A stretch of DNA of 63,872 nucleotides from Aplysia californica (lineage: Eukaryota). A program made the position numbers and the translations under genes. Of this stretch, positions 26,874 to 40,150 are shown one piece after another (the stretch's first letter is position 1; each line of letters opens with the position of its first letter). Below the pieces are notes generated by a model. That model was not told the DNA's origin, made no database searches, and worked only from the letters and a program-made list of their open reading frames with translations. Location: assembly GCF_000002075.1 (NCBI RefSeq), contig NW_004797938.1, positions 205,350 through 269,221 on the forward strand, written 5' to 3'.

Positions 26874-28070
26874 CCTTAATCATGGTTCGCAACTCATTTT
26901 TCTTCTCAGATGCTCTTTTAACAATAATAACCCATAATGCCCAGGTATATCCCCTTCACCTGTCTGTTCAGTTTCTTAAGACAAGCTTTCCTAGGTCAAC
27001 CTGTGCCTATATCATTATTTATTAAAATTTGCTCTTTACAATTTGTCCTTTAGTCAGCACTTATAATGTCAAACTTGGCTGACCTCCGAAGTAATCCATC
27101 TTTTTTCCCAATCTACAATAATGTATTCTATATACTCTACTCACAGCTTAAATGTCCTGGTGCCGGCGTTGAGAACACTGATGGTCTGGTCAGGGTTCAG
27201 GCCGTACTCGGCTCTCACACAGTCCATGCCCGCCTCGAACCAGTTGTCAAAGCGCTCGTACTCGTACCAGGTGCCCAGGTACTGGAGGGGAGGGGGGAGG
27301 GGGGAAGGAGGGGGGAAGGAGGGGGGAGGGTAATTAAAGTAAAGTACGTGAGGCAACAGAGACAAAAAGGTGGTGGTGGTGAGTGTTGGAGGGTGGGAGT
27401 AGGAAAGAGACGAAAGATGATGGGCGATGTACTTTCCACACATACAACGATTGAGGAAATGTTCACTGTGCTGAGAGTTGGCTACGCTTATTGTAGGGCA
27501 TTGGTGCTATTATGTTGTAAGTGTAATTGTTATTGTATGTGGTGCAGCTGATTTTTAAATGTCTTGTTAACGAGTAATATTGTGCCGTTGATGATGAAAA
27601 GACGAGGATGTTGATGATGAGAGACAGGGAAACAAAAGAAAAAGAAAAGAATAGAGACAGATAGAGATGTTATTGAAACCTAAGTTATCTTATCTTATCT
27701 AGCTTCCAGAAAGACTACTTTTCTCTAAAAAACAGATTTGCATTATATTATTATTACTATCAATATATGTTGTACCACCAAAAAGAGACAAAACGATCAG
27801 ACCACATTTAGTGCCCTGCAACTAGAGACAAATCTAACAACGTCATAAACAGACAATTGCACATACTCCACACAGAACAAAAACATGCCACATATTATTA
27901 TGTTGCTGGTTGCCACATACCCGACTGGGGTCAAAAGCAGCCTGAGTCCCCGTAGCAGGACATCTTCCCGGACGGAGGACGACCCCTTGGGCTGCTGCAG
28001 ACGACAGAAGAGTGGAGAGTAGCACCAGCACTGCAGACGACACGGCGCTTGTCATTTTCAAGGAAGACAT
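25198..28070 (-). CDS. Apolipoprotein D-like lipocalin, copy 4 (5 exons, 211 aa)
   Basis: Exons 28070-27921, 27281-27145, 26561-26461, 25871-25761, 25334-25198. Intact frame and splice sites; SCR2 variant TDYDSY. Confidence 0.9.
26795..26872. repeat. (CA)n microsatellite in copy 4 intron 2
   Basis: Much longer than the equivalent tract in copies 1 and 2. Confidence 0.95.
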
Positions 28071-28262
28071 CGTGGGGAAGATTAACTTGGAGCTAGACAC
28101 GAGAACAATGTGCTCAGGGGTAGTTCTTTCTTCTTAGGTTGTTGTAGTTACTTTCGTGAAGAGTGGAGACGGTCTGGTAAAATGAGAAGGGTTGTTCTGT
28201 TTCTGAGTTGTTTCTGCTTGATCACCAGAAGTCGGAGATGCTGTGTCTGTGGAGTCGCCGAG

Positions 28263-28449
28263 TTTATATAGCGCTCTGGACGTGATGACGTCCGGCGCAA
28301 TCTATGTAAAACTCGTGTCATTGTTTTTCCACCGGCGTAAAAAAATATCCTTGAACTGTATCCGCTGTCCATTCATAACAACTCATAGAATAGCAGGCTC
28401 TCAAAACCACAGTTGCATACCTTGTTCGACGGTGACCCGTCTGACGTCA
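28263..28449 (-). promoter_or_regulatory. Lipocalin copy 4 promoter (TTACGTAA site mutated)
   Basis: TATATAAA 28263-28270, CRE 28442-28449; the bZIP palindrome reads ctatgtaa. Confidence 0.6.
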
Positions 28450-29809
28450 CTGCCGACTAACGGCATCACGTGACCGGGCACGGGCGGGACATCGCAGCAG
28501 GTAGCAAAGGTCACAAACTGTCATTTCCCTTGCGTCCACGACAGCTTTGGGGGATTCTGGTCTATCTTTGTCGTCCTCTGTAAGACACTCGGTTCTTGTT
28601 TTTTGCTGGAGTATAGAAGAGAAAGTTNNNNNNNNNNNNNNNNNNNNNNNNNNNNNNNNNNNNNNNNNNNNNNNNNNNNNNNNNNNNNNNNNNNNNNNNN
28701 NNNNNNNNNNNNNNNNNNNNNNNNNNNNNNNNNNNNNNNNNNNNNNNNNNNNNNNNNNNNNNNNNNNNNNNNNNNNNNNNNNTCTGTTATTCAGTGCAAA
28801 CTGCTGTCTGTGTACACCCTGGCCCAAGCTGTAACCAGTAAAGACCAATCTTGACAAACTTCTACATCTCGGAGAGCACACACACACACATGCCTAATCA
28901 CCCGACTGACGTACTATTAGTTATCCACGAAGAGTAATTAGGATGTTGACCTGCTAAGAATAATATTCTAATCAGAGATAGAGTTATTTTCTTTTATCTC
29001 TTCGTTGTTTTCTGTGTTAGGTGGGGGGAGGGGGGGGGGGGGGGGCGGGGTTATGCTTTGTCTGTTTGCATTTTGTTTGTTTGTCTCGGGTTTGTTTTAT
29101 TTTGCTTGTTTGTTTCGTTGTTGCTGGGGTTTTTTGTTTTTGTTTGAGACAACTTTCCCCTACATTCGAACCAGTGACCTACTTTGAATCAATCGATAAT
29201 CACCAACAGGCACTTTGTCGGGTTTATAAAATGATGTCAGTTTGGTGACACACGTGGCATGGAATGGCCCTGTTAAAGACCCTTTCGTTATGTATTTAAA
29301 ATGATATCATTTTGGTGAAACATGTGCCATGGAATTGCCTTATTGTGATTTCTTCAAAACTGATCAGGCAAGTCATTCGTTAGATAATTGTCTTACTTTC
29401 CTTAATGTTTGCATTATTCATTACGACAGCATGAGCTTAGACCTACTTTATATTCTCTTCCAGATAGGTTGTACCCAACGACCCCAAACGAGATTCTTCC
29501 TATTCTGTTGTTTAATTCTTTGAGAACGAAGCAAACGCATTTGTCCGACCAACAACAAAAGACATGTTGCTGGACATTTCCAAACATTATACACAAATTA
29601 GTCCCATGAATGTGCATGTATGTAACAGTATGTCTTTTTAAAGCTTCAGATATATAAAACTGAATTGAAAAGTCTGTAAGAATAGGAGAGTTCTTTTTCA
29701 AAGAAAATGTACTGTACTTCAAAACAGAGAGTCCTTAAGTGAAGAGTTAACAAAGTCTCACCTCTACCGGAGAATAGCCAGAATAAGTTGGAAAACAAAA
29801 GAGACCAAA

Positions 29810-30110
29810 AAAAAAAAAAAAGAGGTGTGTCAGATTCTACACACAAGACATATCCTGCTGAGGAGAATAACTTTTAGAAAAATACAAAACTATGGCCATT
29901 TAAGAAAGACACGAGACCATTGTGAAAGAAGTGCTTGGAGGCTTGGAGGAAAGGTGTGGGACAGAAGAGCTAGGGGAAGGCAAAGAATAACATGAATGAA
30001 CAACATAAGAACATGGACTGGACTGGGTACAGCAGAATATTGTGCAACAGCAGCTCGCGACCGTGAAAGGTGGAGGGTCATTACACGTCAACCTTTGGGT
30101 CAGAGATGAC
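29810..30110 (+). mobile_element. RTE (BovB-like) LINE 3' end
   Basis: RARGRQRIT*MNNIRTWTG...AARDRERWRVI, typical of an RTE ORF C-terminus. Confidence 0.65.
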
Positions 30111-31069
30111 ACCTCCAGGCATCCAGGTAAAGTCTCACCAGTACCCAGGCCCTGACGACAAACGTTGTGTTGTTAGTCTAGCAATTTGCGTGTTCAAATT
30201 TGTGAGTCTGATCTGCGATTTTCGAGCTGCTACTGTGCCTTANNNNNNNNNNNNNNNNNNNNNNNNNNNNNNNNNNNNNNNNNNNNNNNNNNNNNNNNNN
30301 NNNNNNNNNNNNNNNNNNNNNNNNNNNNNNNNNNNNNNNNNNNNNNNNNNNNNNNNNNNNNNNNNNNNNNNNNNNNNNNNNNNNNNNNNNNNNNNNNNNN
30401 NNNNNNNNNNNNNNNNNNNNNNNTTCAGACTTAAAAGACTTACAAAGCATAAAAGCTTACAATACCGTTAAACAAGAAATTAACAACTTGGGCAAAGAGA
30501 ATGAGGGAACACTCTTTGGATCGCACATATTAAAAGTGGCGTGCTCATATGACCGTATCCAGTTGCGAGCGCCGTAAAACACTTACAAAAACAACACAAA
30601 AAACAAACAACAAAACAAAAACAACCCCCCCCAAAAAAAAAACACACAAAAAAACAACAACTTTGAAAAGCGTACAATCCGCCAGTGTACTAATGAACAC
30701 TGTTTTGTGACACCTCTACATTATTCCGGTACAAATTCCTATTACTGTTACCATTACTGATCCCAAAATCCACGAGGATCGTAGGGGTGCTGTATGACAG
30801 AGAGCCTCGTCAGATACCTACGCTTTTCTCGGTTTTTGCGAGTGCNNNNNNNNNNNNNNNNNNNNNNNNNNNNNNNNNNNNNNNNNNNNNNNNNNNNNNN
30901 NNNNNNNNNNNNNNNNNNNNNNNNNNNNNNNNNNNNNNNNNNNNNNNNNNNNNNNNNNNNNNNNNNNNNNNNNNNNNNNNNNNNNNNNNNNNNNNNNNNN
31001 NNNNNNNNNNNNNNNNNNNNNNNNNNNNNNNNNNNTAAAGGGAGAGAGAGAAGGAGAGAGAGAAATAAA

Positions 31070-31103
<34 letters not shown>

Positions 31104-32384
31104 GAGAGAGAGAGAGAGAGAGAGAAGGGGGGGGGGGGCGAGCGAGCGAACTAGCGAGAGAGCAAAGAGAGATAGTGAACAGCGCCCACATCCTGTACAA
31201 GTACGGTATACAATTTTCCTGCATAATTAAGATTACTATCAAGACATCAACACAACGAGCATCATCAAACCACAGATAATGCTGTGACGTTGTTGAATAA
31301 CATGATGATAGCAATTGGGGAAAACCCACTGTCTTGTAGGGTCGTCCAGTGCAATGATAGCCTAATGTATGTCGAACAGCGTTGTTTACGAAGTAGGTCT
31401 CTGATGAGATCATGAATTATGTAAAGAGCAAGGACTGGCAGATGAACAAAACTGAACAAATTAATGACTGGCTTTAGCAGTTAGTTATGTAGAAATCGCA
31501 ATAGAAAAAGGTGTTTGGCGATTGGACACTGTGCTTATTGAGACCAGGGGGAAGCAAAGACAGCACGACAAGATGTTAACTCACACTCACCCCCCCCCCT
31601 CCAGAGCAAACAAACAGATAAACAAACAATAAAAAACCACACAACTTAATCCAAACAAAAGAAAGACGATGAAAATTCCCCCAACTGCAGGACACATGAA
31701 CAGCAGCACCAGCAGCAACAAAAGAAGTAACAGTAACAACGATAACATAACATTAACATCAACATAGCAAAATACGTTTAGTGATTAAAAGGGAAAAACA
31801 ATTGTTCACTCGTACATCTTTCTTTGTCGGGCATTTTTTTTTCTTCTTCTGACAATGGCGTGCAAGGTCCAAAAGTCCTGAATGTACACACCTAGCTGCT
31901 GTGCTTGTAAAGGCGACAAGAAATCAACAAAGGTGTACGAAGAAGCGAAAAGGAAAGAAAAGTAGAGAAAGAGAANNNNNNNNNNNNNNNNNNNNNNNNN
32001 NNNNNNNNNNNNNNNNNNNNNNNNNNNNNNNNNNNNNNNNNNNNNNNNNNNNNNNNNNNNNNNNNNNNNNNNNNNNNNNNNNNNNNNNNNNNNNNNNNNN
32101 NNNNNNNNNNNNNNNNNNNNNNNNNNNNNNNNNNNNNNNNNNNNNNNNNNNNNNNNNNNNNNNNNNNNNNNNNNNNNNNNNNNNNNNNNNNNNNNNNAAG
32201 CCCGAAGAAAACTAGAACTCTCTTTTCTACGTAACAGCTAAAAAAAGAACAACGGTCTCTTGCCGAGGAAGATAAAAAATATCCACCAAACGAAGAGCAG
32301 ACGAGAGGGATACTTTCTGACTTTTGACCTTTGCTACCTGTGGCGAAGCCCCGTGTCTGGTCACGCGACACCCTAAGTCGGTGG

Positions 32385-32571
32385 TGACGTCAGACAGGTC
32401 ATCGCCCCGAAAGTACGCAGCTCTGGTTTTAAGAGACCCCGCTATTCCCAGTGCTGTTAAGAATGGACAGTGGATACAGTTCAATGATTTTTTTTACGCC
32501 GGTGGAAAAACAATGGCGCGAGTTTTACGTAAATTACGCCAAACGTCATCACGTTCAGAGCGCTATATAAA
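32385..32571 (+). promoter_or_regulatory. Lipocalin copy 5 promoter
   Basis: TGACGTCA 32385-32392 followed by AGGTCA, TTACGTAA 32525-32532, TATATAAA 32564-32571, about 200 nt upstream of the ATG. Confidence 0.65.
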
Positions 32572-32771
32572 CTCGGCGACTCCACAGACACAGCATCTCC
32601 GACTTCTGGTGATCAAGCAGAAACAACTCAGAAACAGAACAACCCTTCTCATTTTACCAGACCGTCTCCACTCTTCACGAAAGCAACTACAACAGCAACA
32701 GCCCAAGAAGAAAGAAGTTTATCTGAGCACATTGATATCTAGTGTCTAGCTCCAAGTCAATCGTCCCCACG

Positions 32772-35335
32772 ATGTCTTCCTTGAAACTAACAAGCGCCGT
32801 GTCGTCTGCAGTACTGGTGCTACTCTCCACTCTTCTATCGTCTGCAGCAGCCCAAGGGGTCGTCCTCCGTCCGGGAAGATGTCCTGCTACGGGGACTCAG
32901 GCTGCTTTTGACCCCAGTCGGGTATGTGGCAACCAGCAACATAATAATATGTGGCATGTTTTTGTTCTGTGTGGAGCATGTGCAATTGTCTGTCTATGAC
33001 GTTGTCGCATTTGTCTCTAGTTGCAGGGCGCTTAATGCAGTCTGCTCGTTTTGTCTCTTTTTGGTGGTACAACGCGTATATTGATAATAATAATAATAAT
33101 ATAATGCAAATCTGTTCTTAGAGAAAAGTAATCTTTCTGGAAGCTAAATAAGATAAGACTTAGGTTTCAATAACATCTCATCCAGTCTCTATTCTTTTCT
33201 TTTTCTTTCGTCTCTTTGTCTCTCGTCATCATCATCATCCTCGTCTTTTCATCATCAACAACACAACCATACTCGTTAACAAGACATTTAAAAATCAGCG
33301 ACACCACATACAATAACAATTACAACTACAACATAATAGCACCAATGCCTTACAATAAGCGTAGCCTACTCTCAGCACAGTGAACATTACCTCACTCGTT
33401 GTATGTGTGGAAAGTACATCGCCCATCATCTTTCGTCTCTTTCCTACACCCACCCTCCAACACTCACCACCACCACCTTTTTGTCTCTGTTGCCTCTCGT
33501 ACTTTACTTTTCATTAACTCCTCACCCCCCTCCTTTTCCCCCTCTTCCCCTCCAGTACCTGGGTACCTGGTACGAGTACGAGCGCTTCGACAATTGGTTC
33601 GAGGCGGGCATGGACTGTGTGAGAGCCGAGTACGGTCTGAACCCTGACCAGACCATCAGTGTTCTCAACGCCGGCACCAGGACCTTTAAGCTGTGAGTAT
33701 AGTATATAGAATACATTATTGTAGATTAGGAAACAGATGGATTACTTCGGAGGTCAGCCAAATTTGACAATATAAGTGCCGACATACTGACAAATTGTAA
33801 AGAGCAAATTTTAATAAATAATGATATAGGCTCAGGTCGTCTTTATGTAGAAGCAACATGTCCTGTTTCCAGATAGCTGTTGTCTCGGTCATTAGTATAC
33901 TGCTATAGTATTGTCAACTTCAATTCAAGTACATTTACTACATACGTAGAAACACCTGCACACACAATACTGCCATTTAGTGAGGTTAAGAAAGAACAAA
34001 CTCACCAGTCCCCTCTGTCCCACCCCACCAGGTTCGGACGTACTATCTTCAGCCGGCCGGCCTCCATCAACGGTGACGCTACCACACCGGACCCTGCTTC
34101 CCCCGCCCAGCTCAAAGTGTCCTTCTCACAATGTAAGTTTTCTCCACCTTCCAGATGATGTTTTGGAAACTTGGAAAAGTTGATTAGCCAAAAAATTCAG
34201 CATCATATCAACATAATAATATTATTATTGTGGCTTATCAAAATGATTTAAGGAATATAAATAAACTCATAAGCCGGAGTCATTACATAATTATTTGGTA
34301 CATGTAGGTGAGGAATTTCTGCAAAAATTATAACAACAGCATCCATAATGTTCTTTTCCTATTGTTTGTGTGCTTTGTTCGTGTCAATAGATATTTATTA
34401 CGAGAGAGGACTTCATACGAAAGTAGACTTAAATCAGTTAGCATCATGCTGGACTTTGAAGTTGATGACTTTGGTTCAAATCTCTATTTGGGCCTTCTTG
34501 AACTTGGAAAGTTTGGAGAGTTGTCAAGGCCCTCCACACTTTTGGCTCTCTTCTGTAAGAAATATACATTTGATTCGGAGATCTTCCCTCTTTAATGACC
34601 GTGTGAAATGTATAGCAGCCCTAAGCTTGTACCATTATTACTATCATACCATAGTGTGTATAACCAAATTTCCCCTGCACTGTTCCAGTTGACGTTATTG
34701 GTGGTAATGAGCCTAACTACTACATCGTGGAGACGGACTACGACAACTACGCGGTTGTCTTCTCTTGTTTTAACCTGCCTGGACTGCCTGTGAATATCCG
34801 TAAGTAGACAACAGCTTGTTTGTTTAAGATTTTGATTTTATACTCCTTTCCAACCAGTATAGGTCTTTTAATTAAGATAATACCTGTTGTGGTATGGAGT
34901 AGGAAGCATGAAATCTTTTCACACTCAAAAGCATCTTGGCATGGGTTTAAATTGTTTACAACTCCGGGTCGTTCATCAAAACACGTTTACAAGTCTCTTG
35001 TGATCTGCATCCGTCTTGAAATAACAAGATTAACTCAGAGTCTCTGTGAAATCACACCATTAAACTACATGCAGTCTTGCAGTAATACTGTAAAGTACAT
35101 GTTGTTACATTTTGCTTGGAGGAAAATTGACAAAACCGTGCATGTTTTACGCATAAACCATTACCAACTTCTTCATTTATTCCTTTTCTAAATTCCAGAG
35201 TTTGCGTGGATCCTGACAAGAGACAGAGGGGTAGCCCCTGCTAACCTGAACGCCATCAAAAGCAACCTCCAAGCTGCTGGCGTCAGAACGAAATACTTCA
35301 AATCTGTGAACCAAGCTGATTGCCCTGTAGTATAA
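32772..35335 (+). CDS. Apolipoprotein D-like lipocalin, copy 5 (5 exons, 211 aa)
   Basis: Exons 32772-32921, 33556-33692, 34032-34132, 34689-34799, 35199-35335; GT-AG. Variants Q122, F130, V132, N158, K198; ends CPVV*. Confidence 0.92.
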
Positions 35336-35700
35336 ATCTCATTTCTGTTCTTTTGTCTCAAACCGAATCCATTTGAGACCAATATTGTCGAACTATTATG
35401 TACTATGTATCCACTTTTTTACACTCTCCCCTTGGAAGCGGAGTACAAAATGTATTAACTGTAGGTTATTCATGTATACGCTTCTCATGTAGTTCTTATT
35501 TTTTTTCAACGTGTTGTTCTTGTCAGTTTGGGCACTGGCAATAATACAGTGGCAGCAATCAGGAATGATATGACTATAACATGTTCAGATTTTGGGGTGA
35601 CTTTTCTTTCTTGTCAAGAGCTCTGTGATAAATATAATATAAAAATATATACCTGACAGAGTGAAGCAGACCAAAGAGTTTAGAAGAGAAAGAAGGATTT

Positions 35701-35786
<86 letters not shown>

Positions 35787-36929
35787 TTTTTATGACTCGA
35801 ACAGGCAGCATGATCTGTACTTCTACTTTTTATAACAAACGTAATAAACTTGCTTTACAAAAGTACTTTATGTCTCCATGTTTCATTTTTGCTTTCTGAG
35901 GACAAAACTCAAACCATTAAGTCAATTTTGACTTTGGAACATCTATACTTTCTTCAACAAAAATTAAACACTTACTGACAACTTAATGATATGACCTTAT
36001 ATATTTTCAAATTAAGAAATTAAAGGTGAACCTCGAGCTGAGTAAGTGTACAGCCAGACTATGATGCGGATGGCCCAGGTTCAGCTTCGATACTGCGCCC
36101 TCTGGGGTTACGGTTGATCAGGAATGTTCCTTATTCTACGGCCTCTTGTATCTGTTCTATAGAAGAAGACGTGAAATAGGAAGTCCCACCTCACTGATGG
36201 CAGTTTAGGGTTGAAAGTTGTTATACCCACACAATAATACAGTACACAAATACGTGGATAACCCATATTTGCGTTGACATAATTTATTTATTGATCGTTT
36301 ATGAGTGCACCACAGCAACTGTTGTCTTTACTTTACTGCAGTCTCCAAATGTCCCACTTTGAGTACATGTGTACAATAATTACGTCGGAACATTGGAAGT
36401 AAAATGAAAGCAAGTTAGACTATCATGATCATACTCTGAGCTAAAGGACAGGCCAGTCTTTCGAATTTTGAGTGGTAGTCTTGGATCTTGTTCGTGTTGT
36501 TAGGGGCAACGACAGCAAACCCAAATGCATCAATTATTGTCTTATACTACACAACACAACTTCAACTCTACGTGTCTGGGCAAACGGCTTTGCGTTACAT
36601 GGTATAATGTAAAAGCTTGTTTGTTTGAGTTTATCTGGGTACAGTGGAGCACGTCGAGACAGTATCGGTCACTTCCTCTCCCTAAAAAATAATGAAGATG
36701 TTTATTACGCCCCCATCAACATAATTTGGATCGTTTAGGAGGCTGGCTTCCACCCTGTCTGTCAAGATCAATCCAAGCTGAGAAAGACACACTATCCCAA
36801 ATGAAAAAACCGAGACACTCAACAGAAATTCCCCCCCACTCGGGAATCGAGCTCAGGTCTCCTGTGCGCGACAGCAAAGCACCTACTAAGCGGTACACAA
36901 TAGACGCCGATATTATTTCTTCTCTGCCT

Positions 36930-37520
36930 CTTTCACTCTGGTATTGCGTAGTCGATAAACCGCTTGGAAGTTAGAAGGGCTCTGCCGGTCTCTGTTCTGG
37001 GCGATTTCCTCTACCTTCAGCCAGCTGTGCGACATAACACTATTTAGATCTTCATCCAGATCTCGTTCCCCATAGTGAATCTATGCTTTCCTCCATTACA
37101 CCCCCTCCCCCCCCCCAAAAAAAAAACAACAACAAAAAATCAACAAAAACAAAACAACAACTACAACAAATTAAATCAAAATATATTGTTTTAAATCTGG
37201 AGTTCCATCTCAGGTTTTGCCTTGTCACTTGGGGACTGGCTTCCTAAGACATAAGAGTGCGCCCAATCCGCTGCCGTCTTCTTATCTTGATCTCAAGCTA
37301 CTGCGTTGGTGGTTGTCTGGTTCCCCTCTGTAATGCTAGTCATGATAGACTCCAAAAAACACTTCTCACGGTGTTCGGCAGGTGGATTTTCATGATCTTT
37401 TTTAGGCAACCTTAGATGAACGATTGTAGTTTGTTTACTATCTGCTTTGTTAGCACTGAAAATCTCAATTGTTCTGCTTGCCGTGATATTTCCTGATCTC
37501 CAAACGGATTTAACGGTCAT
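36930..37520 (-). mobile_element. RTE LINE remnant (paralogous copy, inverted)
   Basis: Reverse complement of 7795-8460. Confidence 0.6.
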
Positions 37521-38666
37521 CTGGTGCTTAGAAAAAGTAAGACAAACTGAAACAACAGAGGGACAGAAAAGAAGTTGGACTGACTAGTAGCACCCTTTAA
37601 CCACTTGCAATAGAAAAACCAGAAAGCCGCAAACAACAAAAGAATAGAACAGAAGAAGCGTCCACTAAATAAGGAAGTTTAGATCTCTAACATTAAAATG
37701 GGCACTCTAGGCTGTATAATTCAAACTGCTTAACCCCTTCACCTCTAGGCTCGAGAGCTGAATTATGGAGCAGGTATTGGAGTAAAAGTGCATTCTTGCT
37801 TTTCACAAAACTCAGTTTATAGACATTATATTAATTGTAGGCTACTTTTTACTTTGATTTTATATGTTTGGTAACGTCGTTGTCCCCCCTCAATCGACAG
37901 CCCAATCACCATCGACACAAAATTGTTGTTTTTTTCATGTAAGCGAAAGTGAGCTGATCTCGCAGAGACGACCTCTATGTTAGGAAAACCCTACCCTGCC
38001 CATCACTCACTCTAACCATTATAAAAGAAAATTCCTCAGCCACTCGAGGGATGGGGGAATGATTGGGGGTGGAGGGAGAAGATGGATCAACGCTGGAGGG
38101 TGGGGGGAGGATGAGGGACGAGAATAGATGGATGACGAGAGACGAGAAAGGATGGGGGTATTGGTGGGGTTGGGAGGATGTATCTCCGCCCCACCCCCAC
38201 CCCTTCTTTCCACATTCACACAACGGAAACCAAGCCATAAAGAAACATTTAGTTTTACTAAGTGTTTTACGGCACTTGCAACAAAATAAGGTCATATAAG
38301 GGCCGAAGATTAGAGGTGTTACAAGAGAGCAACAAACACAAAAAAGAAGGGGAGATAAAGACGATAGACGTTTGATACGAAGGAAGAAGCAAACCACACC
38401 AGAGCACCAGCCAACCACCCACTTATAAAGAAACATGTTCTTTTTCGACGACTTACACAGAGATTTATGAGACACAGGAATGCCCCTCTGTTCACAGTCC
38501 AATCAGTAGGGGTTAATGATATAAAACAGATATATTATAGTCAAAGACATTTGGTTCAGCATAGTGACTGAATATTGGTAATTTGTCACAAAAAGGTGAC
38601 TGAAGGCAACAGTCAAGTGTACATCATATTGGAATTAGATTATTTAGATATCTATGTGCCAGAAAT

Positions 38667-38835
38667 GTAGGGGTGTCAGGTGTAGTAGATAGGTATATTT
38701 TGGTTGTGTATATAGAGGTGTCAGGTGTAGTAGATAAGTACATTTTTGTTGTGTATATAGAGGTGTCAGGTGTAGTAGATAGGTACATTTTGGTTGTGTA
38801 TATAGGGGTGTCAGGAGTACTGGGGAAATACATTT
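38667..38835 (-). repeat. 45-bp minisatellite (~3.7 units)
   Basis: Unit gtgtcaggtgtagtagataggtacattttggttgtgtatatagag. Confidence 0.85.
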
Positions 38836-40150
38836 ATTAATTTGTGACAATTTTTTTTTCTCTTGCTTTAAAAATTTATTTGTATATTTATTTATGGCTT
38901 GTTTGGGGTTTGTTTTTGCTGATAGCATTATGCATCAATTATTCTCCAGTAGCTAAACAGATTTGCTTTCAGAAATCCTGCCAAGTGTCCCTTTTTTATT
39001 TCTTGGACGTTTTTAAATTGTATACTCAATCAGGAGTAAATTCATGTATTGAACTCTTTGAGTATCAGGATCTATATAGATGATGTCTGATTTGCCCCTT
39101 TGTACAGACAATGTTATAAAAATCATAAGTACGATCAGCAAAAGTTGACGAGCTCATTAATATTTAGGATCATTCATTTATATAGACTTGAACAGTGGGT
39201 GGTTGGCGGGTCTTCTGGAGTGGTCAGCTCCTTCTTTTCTGTCAAACATCTATCATCCTATTCCTCCAATTGTTTTGTGTCTGTTACTCTCTTGTGACAC
39301 CTTCGGCACTTATATGACCTGATACATAATGTTGTGAGTGCCGTATAGTTGTCATTAAAATATTCACTGTTACAGTTTCCTTTGTNNNNNNNNNNNNNNN
39401 NNNNNNNNNNNNNNNNNNNNNNNNNNNNNNNNNNNNNNNNNNNNNNNNNNNNNNNNNNNNNNNNNNNNNNNNNNNNNNNNNNNNNNNNNNNNNNNNNNNN
39501 NNNNNNNNNNNNNNNNNNNNNNNNNNNNNNNNNNNNNNNNNNNNNNNNNNNNNNNNNNNNNNNNNNNNNNNNNNNNNNNNNNNNTGTAAATCAGGGTTCG
39601 GGCCCGTTTACACCATTTTTCCTTTCGCTGTTTGTGCTACAATCCCCATGAAGGAAAGAAATTAGTTTTAGTAGAGGCTTTACGGCGCTCGCAACTGTAT
39701 AAGGTCATATGAGCGCCAGAAGATTAGAGGTGTTACAAGAGAGTAACAAACATAAAAAAGAAGAAGGGGAGATAAGGATGATAGATGTTTGATAGGAAAG
39801 AAGAAGTAAACCACACTAGATCACCCGCCAACCACCCACAAGTAAAGAAAGAAAGACCAAAAAAAGTCAACACTGTAGCAAGGAAACGGAAAGTAAACAC
39901 TGTATAGGTCATTAGGAGAACCCCAATTATTTATGGTTCAAATAACAAACTAATAAATTTGTTCAGTTGCATACGAATAGTAGGGCACTTGACACCACAG
40001 AGTCCTTACTGAATGGCATTTATTTGAAAACATCTTTCCATGTGGTAAATTTATAATGCTTATTGTGCTTTCTGTCGGCCTGTCAGTCCTGAAATAAAAA
40101 CTTATGAACGCAGACTTTGATAGGACTCTGAAACTACTTTTAGCCGCTGG
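38667..40150 (-). pseudogene. WASHC3 3' pseudo-fragment in the same orientation as the intact gene
   Basis: Exon-5 remnant at ~39585-39650. 38941-38985 attctccagtagctaaacagatttgctttcagaaat matches WASHC3 intron 5 (51354-51390) attctcaagcagctaaactgatttgctttcagaaat. MYFPSTPDTP versus WASHC3 MYLPSTPDAP at the exon-6 acceptor. Confidence 0.82.

Noticed and set aside
29230-29720. Possible coding or transposase remnant in the spacer
   Set aside because: No motif could be identified in any frame; needs BLASTx.
38624-38833. Repetitive protein MYFPSTPDT...
   Set aside because: Minisatellite in a pseudogene; no independent gene structure.
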